Part shown: positions 19,509-28,045 of the stretch, one piece after another
Numbering within the stretch: position 1 is the first letter of the stretch
Layout: every line of letters starts with the position of its first letter
From: an uncultured Candidatus Cloacimonadota bacterium
GTDB taxonomy: Bacteria > Cloacimonadota > Cloacimonadia > Cloacimonadales > TCS61
NCBI GenBank assembly: GCA_964521025.1
Contig: CAZFPK010000001.1
Location: forward strand, 26,644 to 90,643
DNA: 64,000 nt
Direction of reading: 5' to 3'
Translations under genes and position numbers: made by a program
Notes under the pieces: generated by a model
Told to the model about the DNA's origin: nothing
Database searches by the model: none
What the model saw: the letters and a program-made list of their open reading frames with translations, nothing else

Positions 19509-20483
19509 ATGAATTATAATGAACAGGAATTTGCCGAAGTTCAAAAACTCGCTTTTAATTATGCTTTTTATAGAACCGGAAATAACGATGCATCCCATGA
19601 TATTGCATCCCAAACTTCCAGCCTGTTTCTTTTGAAAAAAAACACCATCAAAAAAGAGAATTTCAAGGGTTGGACAATCCTTACCTGTAAGAATTATTGT
19701 AATACCTATTTTAAGAATCAGAAGAAAAAAGACAAATTCGAAAGAGATAATCGAAAAAACCTTATCCGAGAAATATATAAACAATCAGATATCGAAAGAG
19801 ATGAAACTTTAGTATCTGCTTTTAAAGATTCTCTTGCATCTCGCTCCAGCAAGGAATTAAGATTGATATTGTTTTATTTCCAATGCAACCAGAATATTGC
19901 TGAAATGCATAAAATTATCGAAAGCTCTTATGCAGCCTTAAGACAAAAAATATCCCGTATCAAAAGAACTCTGAAAGCAGAAACTTTTATTAAATTAGGA
20001 ATTATAGGTACTAAAAGGATTGTTACTCCGCAACTTAATGCATTAATCATGATGTTTCTAACCAGATTCAAAGAAAATCTGGAAAATAATTCTCTTCATA
20101 AAATGCATTATTACTTCTCGGAGATTGAATTAAATAAGTATAATCCTGATTATAGTATAAAAAAAATTTTAAATTTTGAGATTGAGATCAATGATTCTGT
20201 TTATATTGTTTGGCTTTTTTTTAAAAATAAAAAAAACATACCGGAATCATTTTATATTAAATTCCATGTTAACGAAAAAAACCATTTAAAAATAATTACA
20301 CCGCCAACAAAACCTAAAAGATTCGTTCATATCAAATCAAATTCAGAAGAAGGAAAGTTAATTAAAGAATTATTAATAAAATATCCTCCTAAAAAAGACG
20401 GCACAATGGGAGTACCTTCCGAACTCATAGCACAGATAATGAAAAAAGTTGAAGAAAAGCAATTAAAAGATAAAAGCCGATAA
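19509..20483 (+). CDS. ECF-type sigma-70 family protein with a roughly 150-aa C-terminal extension, cassette A paralog
   Basis: 324 aa. Region-2-like ..NDASHDIASQTSSLFL..FKGWTILTCKNYCNTYFKNQKKK. Region-4-like ..SSKELRLILFYFQCNQNIAEMHKIIESSYAALRQKISRIKRTLKAE. The C-terminal helix plus beta-rich part aligns with 28046..29026 (ITPPTKPKRFVHIK vs VDFPRKPSKIIQFD). Confidence 0.6.
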   Translation: MNYNEQEFAEVQKLAFNYAFYRTGNNDASHDIASQTSSLFLLKKNTIKKENFKGWTILTCKNYCNTYFKNQKKKDKFERDNRKNLIREIYKQSDIERDETLVSAFKDSLASRSSKELRLILFYFQCNQNIAEMHKIIESSYAALRQKISRIKRTLKAETFIKLGIIGTKRIVTPQLNALIMMFLTRFKENLENNSLHKMHYYFSEIELNKYNPDYSIKKILNFEIEINDSVYIVWLFFKNKKNIPESFYIKFHVNEKNHLKIITPPTKPKRFVHIKSNSEEGKLIKELLIKYPPKKDGTMGVPSELIAQIMKKVEEKQLKDKSR

Positions 20484-20580
20484 AATATTTTTAGAATTTT
20501 TAATTCAAAATCAACATCTTCCGCACTGATCTTGTTTCATCATCAACATTCAACTATAAAAATAAACATAATTGGAAACA

Positions 20581-20710
20581 GTCATTCTTTCGACCACCTG
20601 TCATGGTGAGCGGAGACGAACCATTATTCATCTATCCTTCGACTACGCTCAGGATGACAGGAAACTCCGAATGACATACTGACATGGTGAGCGGAGTCGA
20701 ACCATCAATA
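20581..20710. repeat. Composite of palindromic-element fragments (GTCATYCTGAGCGTAGTCGAAGGAT family) plus a direct repeat tgWcatggtgagcggagWcgaaccat x2
   Basis: atccttcgactacgctcaggatgaca (20634-20659) is the reverse complement of the arm seen at 60972-60996. tgtcatggtgagcggagacgaaccat (20599-20624) recurs as tgacatggtgagcggagtcgaaccat (20679-20704). Confidence 0.7.
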
Positions 20711-20711
20711 A

Positions 20712-21161
20712 TTAACTATTATTCAAGGATACTTTGATTATTACATAATTATAACAGGTACAATCAGCAAAACCTTCTTCCATGAAATAAGAAACATGGA
20801 TCACAGATCCAACATTATAAACCGAGAGGTCCTCGATTGGAGCTCCAAAAGTAGCGACTCGATAAACTACCAGAACATTATCATTAAAATAATTGCCGGG
20901 TAGAACGAGATCGAGAGAAATATTGGCTTCCTCAAAATCCTGGAGTTCTATCAGGTTGGTAATCAGGAAAAAACTATAAAGGTCATCGTAAATTCCGCTG
21001 TCTTCTTGGTCATGGATTTCAAAAGATGTAACCATGTTCAAATCCATTTCCGTATCAAAGATATGCACTGTTCTATCACCTGATACTTTTGGACAGGATA
21101 CATTTATCAAACCTGTAACCAGTATCAGTGATATTTTTATGTTTAAACCGGAAAATTTCAT
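20712..21161 (-). CDS. Hypothetical exported protein/lipoprotein
   Basis: Start set to ATG 21161 (AAAAAGGAG SD). MKFSGLNIKISLILVTGLINVSC.. is a signal/lipobox-like N-terminus. No recognisable domain. Confidence 0.5.
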   Translation of the reverse strand: MKFSGLNIKISLILVTGLINVSCPKVSGDRTVHIFDTEMDLNMVTSFEIHDQEDSGIYDDLYSFFLITNLIELQDFEEANISLDLVLPGNYFNDNVLVVYRVATFGAPIEDLSVYNVGSVIHVSYFMEEGFADCTCYNYVIIKVSLNNS

Positions 21162-21422
21162 AATGAACTCCTTTTTTGAATTTAAATAATATCTAATAAT
21201 TACTATCAAATTTGAAGAAAAACCTCCCCGGGGAAAATCGGTAAAAATAAAAAATTAAGACATATGCAAATTTATTTTTATAACTGTCCTGTCAAATCAT
21301 ATTTTGATTCCGGATATTCTCATAAAAAATAAATCCTTAAAAAATCCACTCAATTCTCCTTCATAAGGGGGAAACATAAAAGGGACTGAACCTTAAAAGT
21401 CCTCTCACCTCTCTCCAATCTC

Positions 21423-22862
21423 CTATCTCCTGATAACTACCATCTTCCTAACTGCCTTCACCTCCTCATCTATCACCAACTTGCAGATATACTGCCCGGA
21501 AGAAGCATGTTTCCCATTATCGTCTTTCCCATCCCAACGACATGTGTATTCTCCCCGCGAAGCAAAAGCATCCATCAAAGATTTCACTTTTTGCCCCTTG
21601 ATGTTGTAAATATCGAGTTCGACATTGCATGATGCGAGCAGATTAAACTTGATCGATGTTCGATGATCACGGTCATTTGGTTTGAAGGGATTAGGATAGA
21701 CCGAAATATTAATTCTTTCATTATTAATTATTAATTCTTCATTAACTTGATTTCCCTGATATTCATACGCTCCCATATCTACTGTTTCGCCAACGATGCG
21801 GGGATTACCTGCAAGGTCGTATTCCGGGAGTTCGATCCCTTCCGGTAAGTTTAGTGTTCCCGCGTCTATGCAGGGAGAGGAAGAGGTGAGGGCATAGGGA
21901 AATTCACTGTCTATGTCCCACATGGGATCTTCATCGATATTTCCGGTTTGCCAATCCACAAAATTATTCCCAAGCAAACCGATTCCCCATTCTCCACCTT
22001 CGACGAGGGAATGACCTACTGTTAAAGAATTCGTTCCATACTGTCCGTCTAATAGAATTTCCATCGGATAGTCATCATAAAGTATAGAGTTTATAATGTT
22101 TAAATTTACACCTTCGCTTAGTACTACTGCTCCTCCTGATGGTTCTGTCGTAAAATTGTTGCCGATAGTACTATTTATAAGATTTACACCATGATAGCCG
22201 GATAATCCATTATTACTTATCGATAAGGCAGAACAACTTGCAGGCCAATCCACATTATAATCCGTATTTTCCGTGATTTCCGTGTTTATTATATCTACTC
22301 TTAAAGAATCTAAATAATGACTTTTTAAAATATGGATTCCACCACCTGTGAATATATCCGTATGGTTTGCTTGCACATTGTTTTTTATCAAACAATTTTC
22401 AATGATGATGTGATGAGAATATAAATCACTCCAAATCGATGATGCTCCATTACCGGAATTATCTACTATCTTAACATTTCTTAAGTATGAATTTGATTCT
22501 GAAATCCTAACAATATCATAAAGTCTGATATAGCTACAATCAGTGATATATATGTTTTCCAAAAGAAATTCTTTATTCTTTCTTAACTGTATGGAAGAAA
22601 ATTCATATCCATTAATACACTTCAAATTTTTCAGACTATAATAATTGATTATATCCCAACCATAAATATGACCTGATATATCTTCAGCATCGAGAATAGT
22701 ATTTTCCATCGATTCACCAATAATATTAACTGCATTTTTTGGCTGAAGGGGAAAATACTGACCATTAATGGAAGGAGAATAAATTCCATCGGCTAAATAT
22801 ACTGTATTTTGATTTAATGTATCTGCTCTAACCATCGCTAGAGCATAGGCAATTGTCTGCAA
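21423..22862 (-). CDS. Right-handed beta-helix (pectin-lyase-fold) protein with T9SS/FlgD-Ig-like CTD; probably the 3' part of a gene disrupted by a frameshift (see 23051..23728)
   Basis: The track start is a TTG. The frame stays open upstream to about 23047 (..VIDPDRYYLFASDSGGHYVPGEITFDILHGKIEQINADLYVNPDGDDNNSGLSQDDPLQTIAYALAMV..). No signal peptide of its own. CTD ISVYPNPFKPNDRDH..LDIYNIKGQKVKSL..WDGKDDNG..SGQYICKL..RKMVVIRR. Confidence 0.7.
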   Translation of the reverse strand: MQTIAYALAMVRADTLNQNTVYLADGIYSPSINGQYFPLQPKNAVNIIGESMENTILDAEDISGHIYGWDIINYYSLKNLKCINGYEFSSIQLRKNKEFLLENIYITDCSYIRLYDIVRISESNSYLRNVKIVDNSGNGASSIWSDLYSHHIIIENCLIKNNVQANHTDIFTGGGIHILKSHYLDSLRVDIINTEITENTDYNVDWPASCSALSISNNGLSGYHGVNLINSTIGNNFTTEPSGGAVVLSEGVNLNIINSILYDDYPMEILLDGQYGTNSLTVGHSLVEGGEWGIGLLGNNFVDWQTGNIDEDPMWDIDSEFPYALTSSSPCIDAGTLNLPEGIELPEYDLAGNPRIVGETVDMGAYEYQGNQVNEELIINNERINISVYPNPFKPNDRDHRTSIKFNLLASCNVELDIYNIKGQKVKSLMDAFASRGEYTCRWDGKDDNGKHASSGQYICKLVIDEEVKAVRKMVVIRR

Positions 22863-23050
22863 AGGATCATCCTGTGATAGACCAGAATTATTATCATCTC
22901 CATCCGGATTGACATATAGATCGGCATTTATTTGTTCGATTTTTCCGTGTAAAATATCAAAAGTGATTTCTCCAGGGACATAATGACCTCCACTATCACT
23001 GGCAAAGAGATAGTATCTATCTGGATCGATAACAGTAAATGTATCTACAA

Positions 23051-23728
23051 TTATCTCCTGGGGAGGGCAACTAACTGATTTAAAAACATCGAACCAACGG
23101 CAGCATAATTAAGATAAATGCTATTTTTTGTTTCATTATCATAGGAAATATTAGAATTCTGAGATATACTTATGCCTCCTCCAGTTTTAAAAGAATGATT
23201 GTGTTTGAATGTATTTCCAATCAAAGTAGCAAATGAATTCATTAAACATAATCCACCTCCATAAACGGAGAAATTTTTTTTTATTAAACATTTTTTAATT
23301 AAAGTATTAGAATTGTCTGAATAAATACCACCTCCTCTTGTACCAAATGAGTTATAATAATAACCAGAACCATTTTCAATTGTAAAACCAATGATCTGAC
23401 TTTCTCCGTTTTCTATATCCTGAATTTTTATAACACTATCCAGATGATTACCATCAAGAATTGTATTTGAGATGTAAGTTTCATCCTCTGTTACTAAGTA
23501 TAGACTTGCCAGAACTATGTTCATATTCACGATGAAGAGGTTTTCATAATATATTCCCGGATAGACTAAAACCGTATCTCCGTTTACAGATGCATCTATG
23601 CCTAGCTGGATAACAATAAAATCGCCTGTACCGTCTTGTTTAATTTCGATGATGGTGGAGATCAGCAACGAACAAAACAAACAAAACGAACAAAGAAAAA
23701 TACTTTTCAGGGATTTTTTATTTTTCAT
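23051..23728 (-). CDS. Beta-helix protein N-terminal fragment with signal peptide (5' part of the disrupted gene)
   Basis: 225 aa. MKNKKSLKSIFLCSFCLFCSLLIS signal, then IQLGIDASVNGDTVLVYPGIYYEN.. and GGG-containing beta-helix turns. It ends in ..NSIYLNYAAVGS then nonsense (MFLNQLVALPRR*), while the adjacent frame continues DVFKSVSCPPQEIIVDTFTV.. Confidence 0.65.
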   Translation of the reverse strand: MKNKKSLKSIFLCSFCLFCSLLISTIIEIKQDGTGDFIVIQLGIDASVNGDTVLVYPGIYYENLFIVNMNIVLASLYLVTEDETYISNTILDGNHLDSVIKIQDIENGESQIIGFTIENGSGYYYNSFGTRGGGIYSDNSNTLIKKCLIKKNFSVYGGGLCLMNSFATLIGNTFKHNHSFKTGGGISISQNSNISYDNETKNSIYLNYAAVGSMFLNQLVALPRR

Positions 23729-24101
23729 GATTGCTCCTTTGTGGATTGGAACTTGTGAAGTCTTTGAGACTTAACAAGTTTGTTCATTCAACCAATGTTA
23801 AGATCGATTTGATCATACTTCTTCAATTTTTTCTACCTATGAAAAGTGATTATTTACTATTTACTCAAGATTGGAATCTTGAGTTACAAATTCCCTCCCC
23901 CGCAAAAACGGGAGAGGGTACGGGTGAGGATTTATCTCATCAAAACCATGCGTTTAGTAACGACATTTTCTCCGGATTCCAATCGATAGAAATATACACC
24001 CGAAGCCAGGGCATTTTGATCATTATCTTTTCCATCCCAGGTTACTGTGTAATTTCCTTTTGTTTGATTACCGTTAAAGAGTGTTTTCACTAATTGACCT
24101 T

Positions 24102-26177
24102 TCAGGTTATAAATTTCCAGTTTATGGTTTCATCGTTCGGGATATTATAACTGATCGATGTATTCGGCTTGAAAGGATTAGGATAATTCTGATGAAGGAC
24201 GATGTTTTCGATTTCCTGTTCTCCAGGTTCCAAAAGTTCACCTAGAATAACTGTCGAATATTCCTGATTACCACCGATAATCGTTCCTTCGATATATCGA
24301 CCGGATTTCTCGTCAAAGACAAAGTAGTTATCTATACGACAGGATCTTCCTCTGCCTTCATAAATTTCGAAAGTCAGTTCAAAACCTTCCCGGTTCATTT
24401 GATCCGAATAGACGAGAATTTGTTCGGCTGTTTCATCGACAACTACTGCTCCCACGCAGATCCCGTTTTCAAACACACCGATCTCCTGGATTCCTTCCTC
24501 TATATCCATTACATCTATGACTTCATAATCGGGCTTATCAAGGAAAGTATAAAACACCGTATCAGGTCCATTATCTTTTTCTCCAACTCCGGTGGGTGCA
24601 TTATTATTCCAGACCAGGTCAAAACTTTCTTTAACTCTGACGATATATCCTTTTCCATAATGTAAAGGTCTGATCTTCATACTCGGTTTTGGTTCACCTC
24701 CATCACGAGGATAACTCATATCGAGATAAGTCCAGTTTTCTGCTTTGATGGAATAAATATCATCCCAACGATTAAAACCGCTAGTATCATAAAATGCTTC
24801 GTCGATATCCTGGGTATAAGGAATATAATAACCGATCCAGTTATCCTCTCCTGCATTAAGTGTTATGACATGGTTTGCCGCAAGTCTTGAACCAGGTAAA
24901 GGCAAATGATATGTTCCACCTGTTTTTGGATAGAATTTATAACATTTCCAGGATTGAATCTCGTAATCATAAGGATTCCATAATCCTGTATTTTCGTCAT
25001 AAGTAAACACATCAGTTTTATGTAAAAGGGTTAAATCAACCAGAGGGATCAAGTTTCCAAATACGGTTCTTGCCAGAGTACCGTAGTTATCCGGTAACCT
25101 GGGACAGGAAATGTAATTCCAGTGTTCTCCCCGGCTGAGTTTCATGTCGATTATTGTCGGATAGCAGCCCATATCTCTTTGTGTTCCGTCATCGTCAAAT
25201 TCATCAGGATCACCTGTATCGATGCAGGGGCTTCCTTCTAATAGCCAGTATTCGTATCCATAAAGATCGCAATAAAGCGGGTATTCATCGAAAATGCATC
25301 CATCTCCAACAATGCTGGAATTTCCAACATTATAGAAAGCACAGTATTCAGTATTGGAATTGTTGTCATTATCAGGAACTGCAGAAAACTCAATATCAGA
25401 AAATATACAGTTATTTGTTTCAAGAATACCGGATAGATATTCGAGTGATATACCTTGATAACAATCATCAAATGTATTGTTACTAATAGTAACATCTAAA
25501 TTATAACTTGAATCTGAGATATTGATTACAGCTTCAGGACATGACTCGTTTTGATTATTAACAAATAGATTCTCATCGATTATTAGATGTATTTCCGGAT
25601 CGATATATGGGTAATCAGCGTTCCAACCGATTGCATGAGCATAAATCACGCTGTTATTGTATGTTTGCTCAAAGAAGTTGTTGATGAACATACAATCTTT
25701 AATGATTACATCAATATCTCCTTCATAAACATATATTGCACCACTGCTGTGTAAGGCTTTATTATCCTCAAACATACAGCCTTTTATCATAACTTCTTGT
25801 CCTATCCAAATGAGAATTGCACCACCGACATCAGAGCAATCTTCGTTTTCATTTGGGTAGCATTGCCGAAAACGAAATCCCTCTATTTCGGTATTCGTAG
25901 CCCAATGGACTGTAATACCTCGTGCTTCATACATTGTAGTTATCGTGCAGTTTTCCCATCCTCCTTCGGAAATCAAATGAATGCTGCTATTTATCTCGAT
26001 TCCACCATAGTACCAGCCGTCTCCAACTGAAACAGTATCATTTTGAGCTGCAGCATCGATTCCTTCTTGTATGGTTTCATAATCATCATCTGGATCATAT
26101 CCGACATAGATGATTTCCGTGAATAATGCTAATGAAAAGATGATCATTAACATTATTATAGTGTATTTGCGATACAT
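24102..26177 (-). CDS. Beta-helix / cell-surface protein with T9SS CTD interrupted by a frameshift
   Basis: Start set to ATG 26177 (MYRKYTIIMLMIIFSLALFTE signal). IQEGIDAAAQNDTVSVGDGWYYG.. beta-helix. It ends ..LHQNYPNPFKPNTSISYNIPNDETINWKFIT*, but the adjacent frame continues KLEIYNLKGQLVKTLFNGNQTKGNYTVTWDGKDNDQNALASGVYFYRLESGENVVTKRMVLMR* to 23932. Confidence 0.75.
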   Translation of the reverse strand: MYRKYTIIMLMIIFSLALFTEIIYVGYDPDDDYETIQEGIDAAAQNDTVSVGDGWYYGGIEINSSIHLISEGGWENCTITTMYEARGITVHWATNTEIEGFRFRQCYPNENEDCSDVGGAILIWIGQEVMIKGCMFEDNKALHSSGAIYVYEGDIDVIIKDCMFINNFFEQTYNNSVIYAHAIGWNADYPYIDPEIHLIIDENLFVNNQNESCPEAVINISDSSYNLDVTISNNTFDDCYQGISLEYLSGILETNNCIFSDIEFSAVPDNDNNSNTEYCAFYNVGNSSIVGDGCIFDEYPLYCDLYGYEYWLLEGSPCIDTGDPDEFDDDGTQRDMGCYPTIIDMKLSRGEHWNYISCPRLPDNYGTLARTVFGNLIPLVDLTLLHKTDVFTYDENTGLWNPYDYEIQSWKCYKFYPKTGGTYHLPLPGSRLAANHVITLNAGEDNWIGYYIPYTQDIDEAFYDTSGFNRWDDIYSIKAENWTYLDMSYPRDGGEPKPSMKIRPLHYGKGYIVRVKESFDLVWNNNAPTGVGEKDNGPDTVFYTFLDKPDYEVIDVMDIEEGIQEIGVFENGICVGAVVVDETAEQILVYSDQMNREGFELTFEIYEGRGRSCRIDNYFVFDEKSGRYIEGTIIGGNQEYSTVILGELLEPGEQEIENIVLHQNYPNPFKPNTSISYNIPNDETINWKFIT

Positions 26178-26451
26178 AGTTTTTCCTCCATAAAATTTTT
26201 TGTTTTTCCTGCTTTTATACAACTTTCTCTTTCCCTGCCAAACAGAATACAGAGAGGAACTAGTCCTCAAATCAAAAATCGAGGACAGAGAAGTCAAGTG
26301 AATTTAAATTTTTTATAGAGGATTATTCTACATGTATGTATTTAGAATAAAAGGAGTTAGAAGTTTGTTCATATCTTCTCATCAGATTGATCATAAATAT
26401 TATTCTTATAAAACTCAAGAAGTCCATTTGCGGTTTAACCGCCTTACATAA

Positions 26452-26712
26452 TCACATATTATTTCTATAATTTACAGGAAATAATTCTGCTCCGGTAGTG
26501 TTTCCGTTCATAGATTCCGGTTCGAGCTGGAAAATCACCCAGCCGTAAACAGAATCCGGGTTATTATAATCATCTTTTTTGATCCAATCACCGTAAAGAT
26601 CTCTCCTGATAATATCCGGGTTAATATCGAATATGATCTCCCCTTTCCTCCAGATTTTCAGGATAATACCGGGATCAAATTCTTCCCTTATTATTTCTTC
26701 CGGGTACGACAT
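26452..26712 (-). CDS. Small HNH-nuclease-like protein with degenerate catalytic motif
   Basis: Start set to ATG 26712 (GGAGGAGAAATC SD). ..RRDLYGDWIKKDDYNNPDSVYGWVIFQLEPESMNGNTTGAELFPVNYRNNM parallels the small HNH family pattern R.D..G..I....YG...S..GW.IDHI.P.S.GG.....NL.P....N.. with DH replaced by FQ. Confidence 0.45.
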   Translation of the reverse strand: MSYPEEIIREEFDPGIILKIWRKGEIIFDINPDIIRRDLYGDWIKKDDYNNPDSVYGWVIFQLEPESMNGNTTGAELFPVNYRNNM

Positions 26713-27082
26713 GATTTCTCCTCCAAGACAAATTTGAGAAGACAATATATTTTCATTATAACCAGATTTCACTGAATAGAATTCTACTCAACCGAACTTA
26801 TTAAATAGAATTTATCCGGAAACTAAAGTTTCGAGCTGTAAGAAGGTATCAAACTGCGTTTGACGATCGCCATCATCTTGGAATAAGATGCCGACTTGAA
26901 ACCACCAATAAGGGCTTTTTTCAACTCGTCTCCGGCAACTCCCCGATCACAAATAGAAAAAAACGAGATACTTCCTACTGACACAATTTGAATTATTGAT
27001 TACGGAGCGATCCCTCCGACATATTATGTGTTGAAGGGATCTAACTCCAGGGGATCCATTTATATGGAATTAAATTTATTTT

Positions 27083-27448
27083 TCATTCATTCAGAGCATA
27101 TTTGATCGTGTCAAAAAGTTGATCGGTTTCAAAAGGTTTTAACAGATATCCGGAATTTTCTATACTTTGAATACCCTGATATGTATAATCATCTGCATTT
27201 CCAGTCATAAAAATGACTGGAATGTCCTGTTTTTCTTTAATTAAAGAAGCAGCCTCGATACCATTCATTTTCCCGGCAAGTTTGATATCCATTAGAACCA
27301 GGTCGGGTTCTTCTTTTCTTGCCAGGATGATCGCATCTTCGGCAAATTCCGCAACTGCGACAATATCGTATCCGTTTCCTGATAATAAAATCCTGATATC
27401 TTCGGAAACGATACATTCATCTTCCACGATCATGATTTTTGACATCAT
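27083..27448 (-). CDS. Single-domain response regulator (receiver only), cassette B
   Basis: 121 aa. MMSKIMIVEDECIVSEDI..PDLVLMDIKLAGKMNGIE..IFMTGNAD..GYLLKPF.. No output domain. Confidence 0.85.
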   Translation of the reverse strand: MMSKIMIVEDECIVSEDIRILLSGNGYDIVAVAEFAEDAIILARKEEPDLVLMDIKLAGKMNGIEAASLIKEKQDIPVIFMTGNADDYTYQGIQSIENSGYLLKPFETDQLFDTIKYALNE

Positions 27449-27467
27449 TCCCCCTTGTTGATGATCA

Positions 27468-27674
27468 TCAACCGACCATTCTTATCATGTTACGCGTCAT
27501 CTCCTTTCCTTTGCACCAGTGATTGATCTTACTCTTTTTAATACACTCATTACAAAAAACACCGCCTAATGGTTTTGAGATTTGTCTGATCATGGTTCTT
27601 CCCTGCGGGTAATCCGAACACTCCTTTATCCAATGCCAAACATCGTCCATTTTATTTCTTCGATATTCCTTCAT
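27468..27674 (-). CDS. Small Cys/His/Trp-rich protein (68 aa), putative metal-binding
   Basis: MKEYRRNKMDDVWHWIKECSDYPQG..GGVFCNECIKKSKINHWCKGKE.. (H-x4-C, C-x2-C, H-W-C). 19 nt upstream of the receiver gene on the same strand. Confidence 0.5.
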   Translation of the reverse strand: MKEYRRNKMDDVWHWIKECSDYPQGRTMIRQISKPLGGVFCNECIKKSKINHWCKGKEMTRNMIRMVG

Positions 27675-27701
27675 TTTTTACCCATCTCTTCTGGAAAAAA
27701 A

Positions 27702-27932
27702 TCAATCATAAACTACATAAATCTTTCCTTTGTAACGAACAATTGTATATCCCGGTCCAACTTCCAGGATTTCATATTCTTCACCTTCGAGTTCTTTCCA
27801 GGTGATTTCCGGGTATTTGTTCGGGTCATAGCAGTAATAGATTTTTTTCTTTTTTTCCTCATAATTTTGTTGACCGAAAACCAGGTAAACCATTTTTGGA
27901 TCCGGTTGCTGGTAGATAAAAGTTCTTTCCAT
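27702..27932 (-). CDS. 76-aa protein carrying the mini-protein motif
   Basis: ..KYPEITWKELEGEEYEILEVGPGYTIVRYKGKIYVVYD. GGAGGAAAGAATC SD. Divergent from the sigma-like gene 28046..29026 (113-nt spacer). Confidence 0.6.
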   Translation of the reverse strand: MERTFIYQQPDPKMVYLVFGQQNYEEKKKKIYYCYDPNKYPEITWKELEGEEYEILEVGPGYTIVRYKGKIYVVYD

Positions 27933-28045
27933 GATTCTTTCCTCCTTTTACATAAATTTACGGAAAAGAAATTAAAATGGGACGGAATCAGGGTTATTTA
28001 ATATAAAAATAAGGAGTTACAAAAGTAACTCCCGAAGGATTATTT

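Noticed and set aside
19279-19784. Minus-strand ORFs 19279..19476 (65 aa) and 19482..19784 (100 aa) next to or overlapping the cassette-A sigma gene.
   Set aside because: The first spans repeat hairpins (19150-19330) and has no SD. The second is antisense to the sigma-like coding region. Both products are low-complexity.
23731-24093. 120-aa plus-strand ORF between the two beta-helix genes.
   Set aside because: It is the antisense of the frameshifted T9SS C-terminal domain (the minus strand reads KLEIYNLKGQLVKTL..VYFYRLESGENVVTKRMVLMR*), so it is not a gene.
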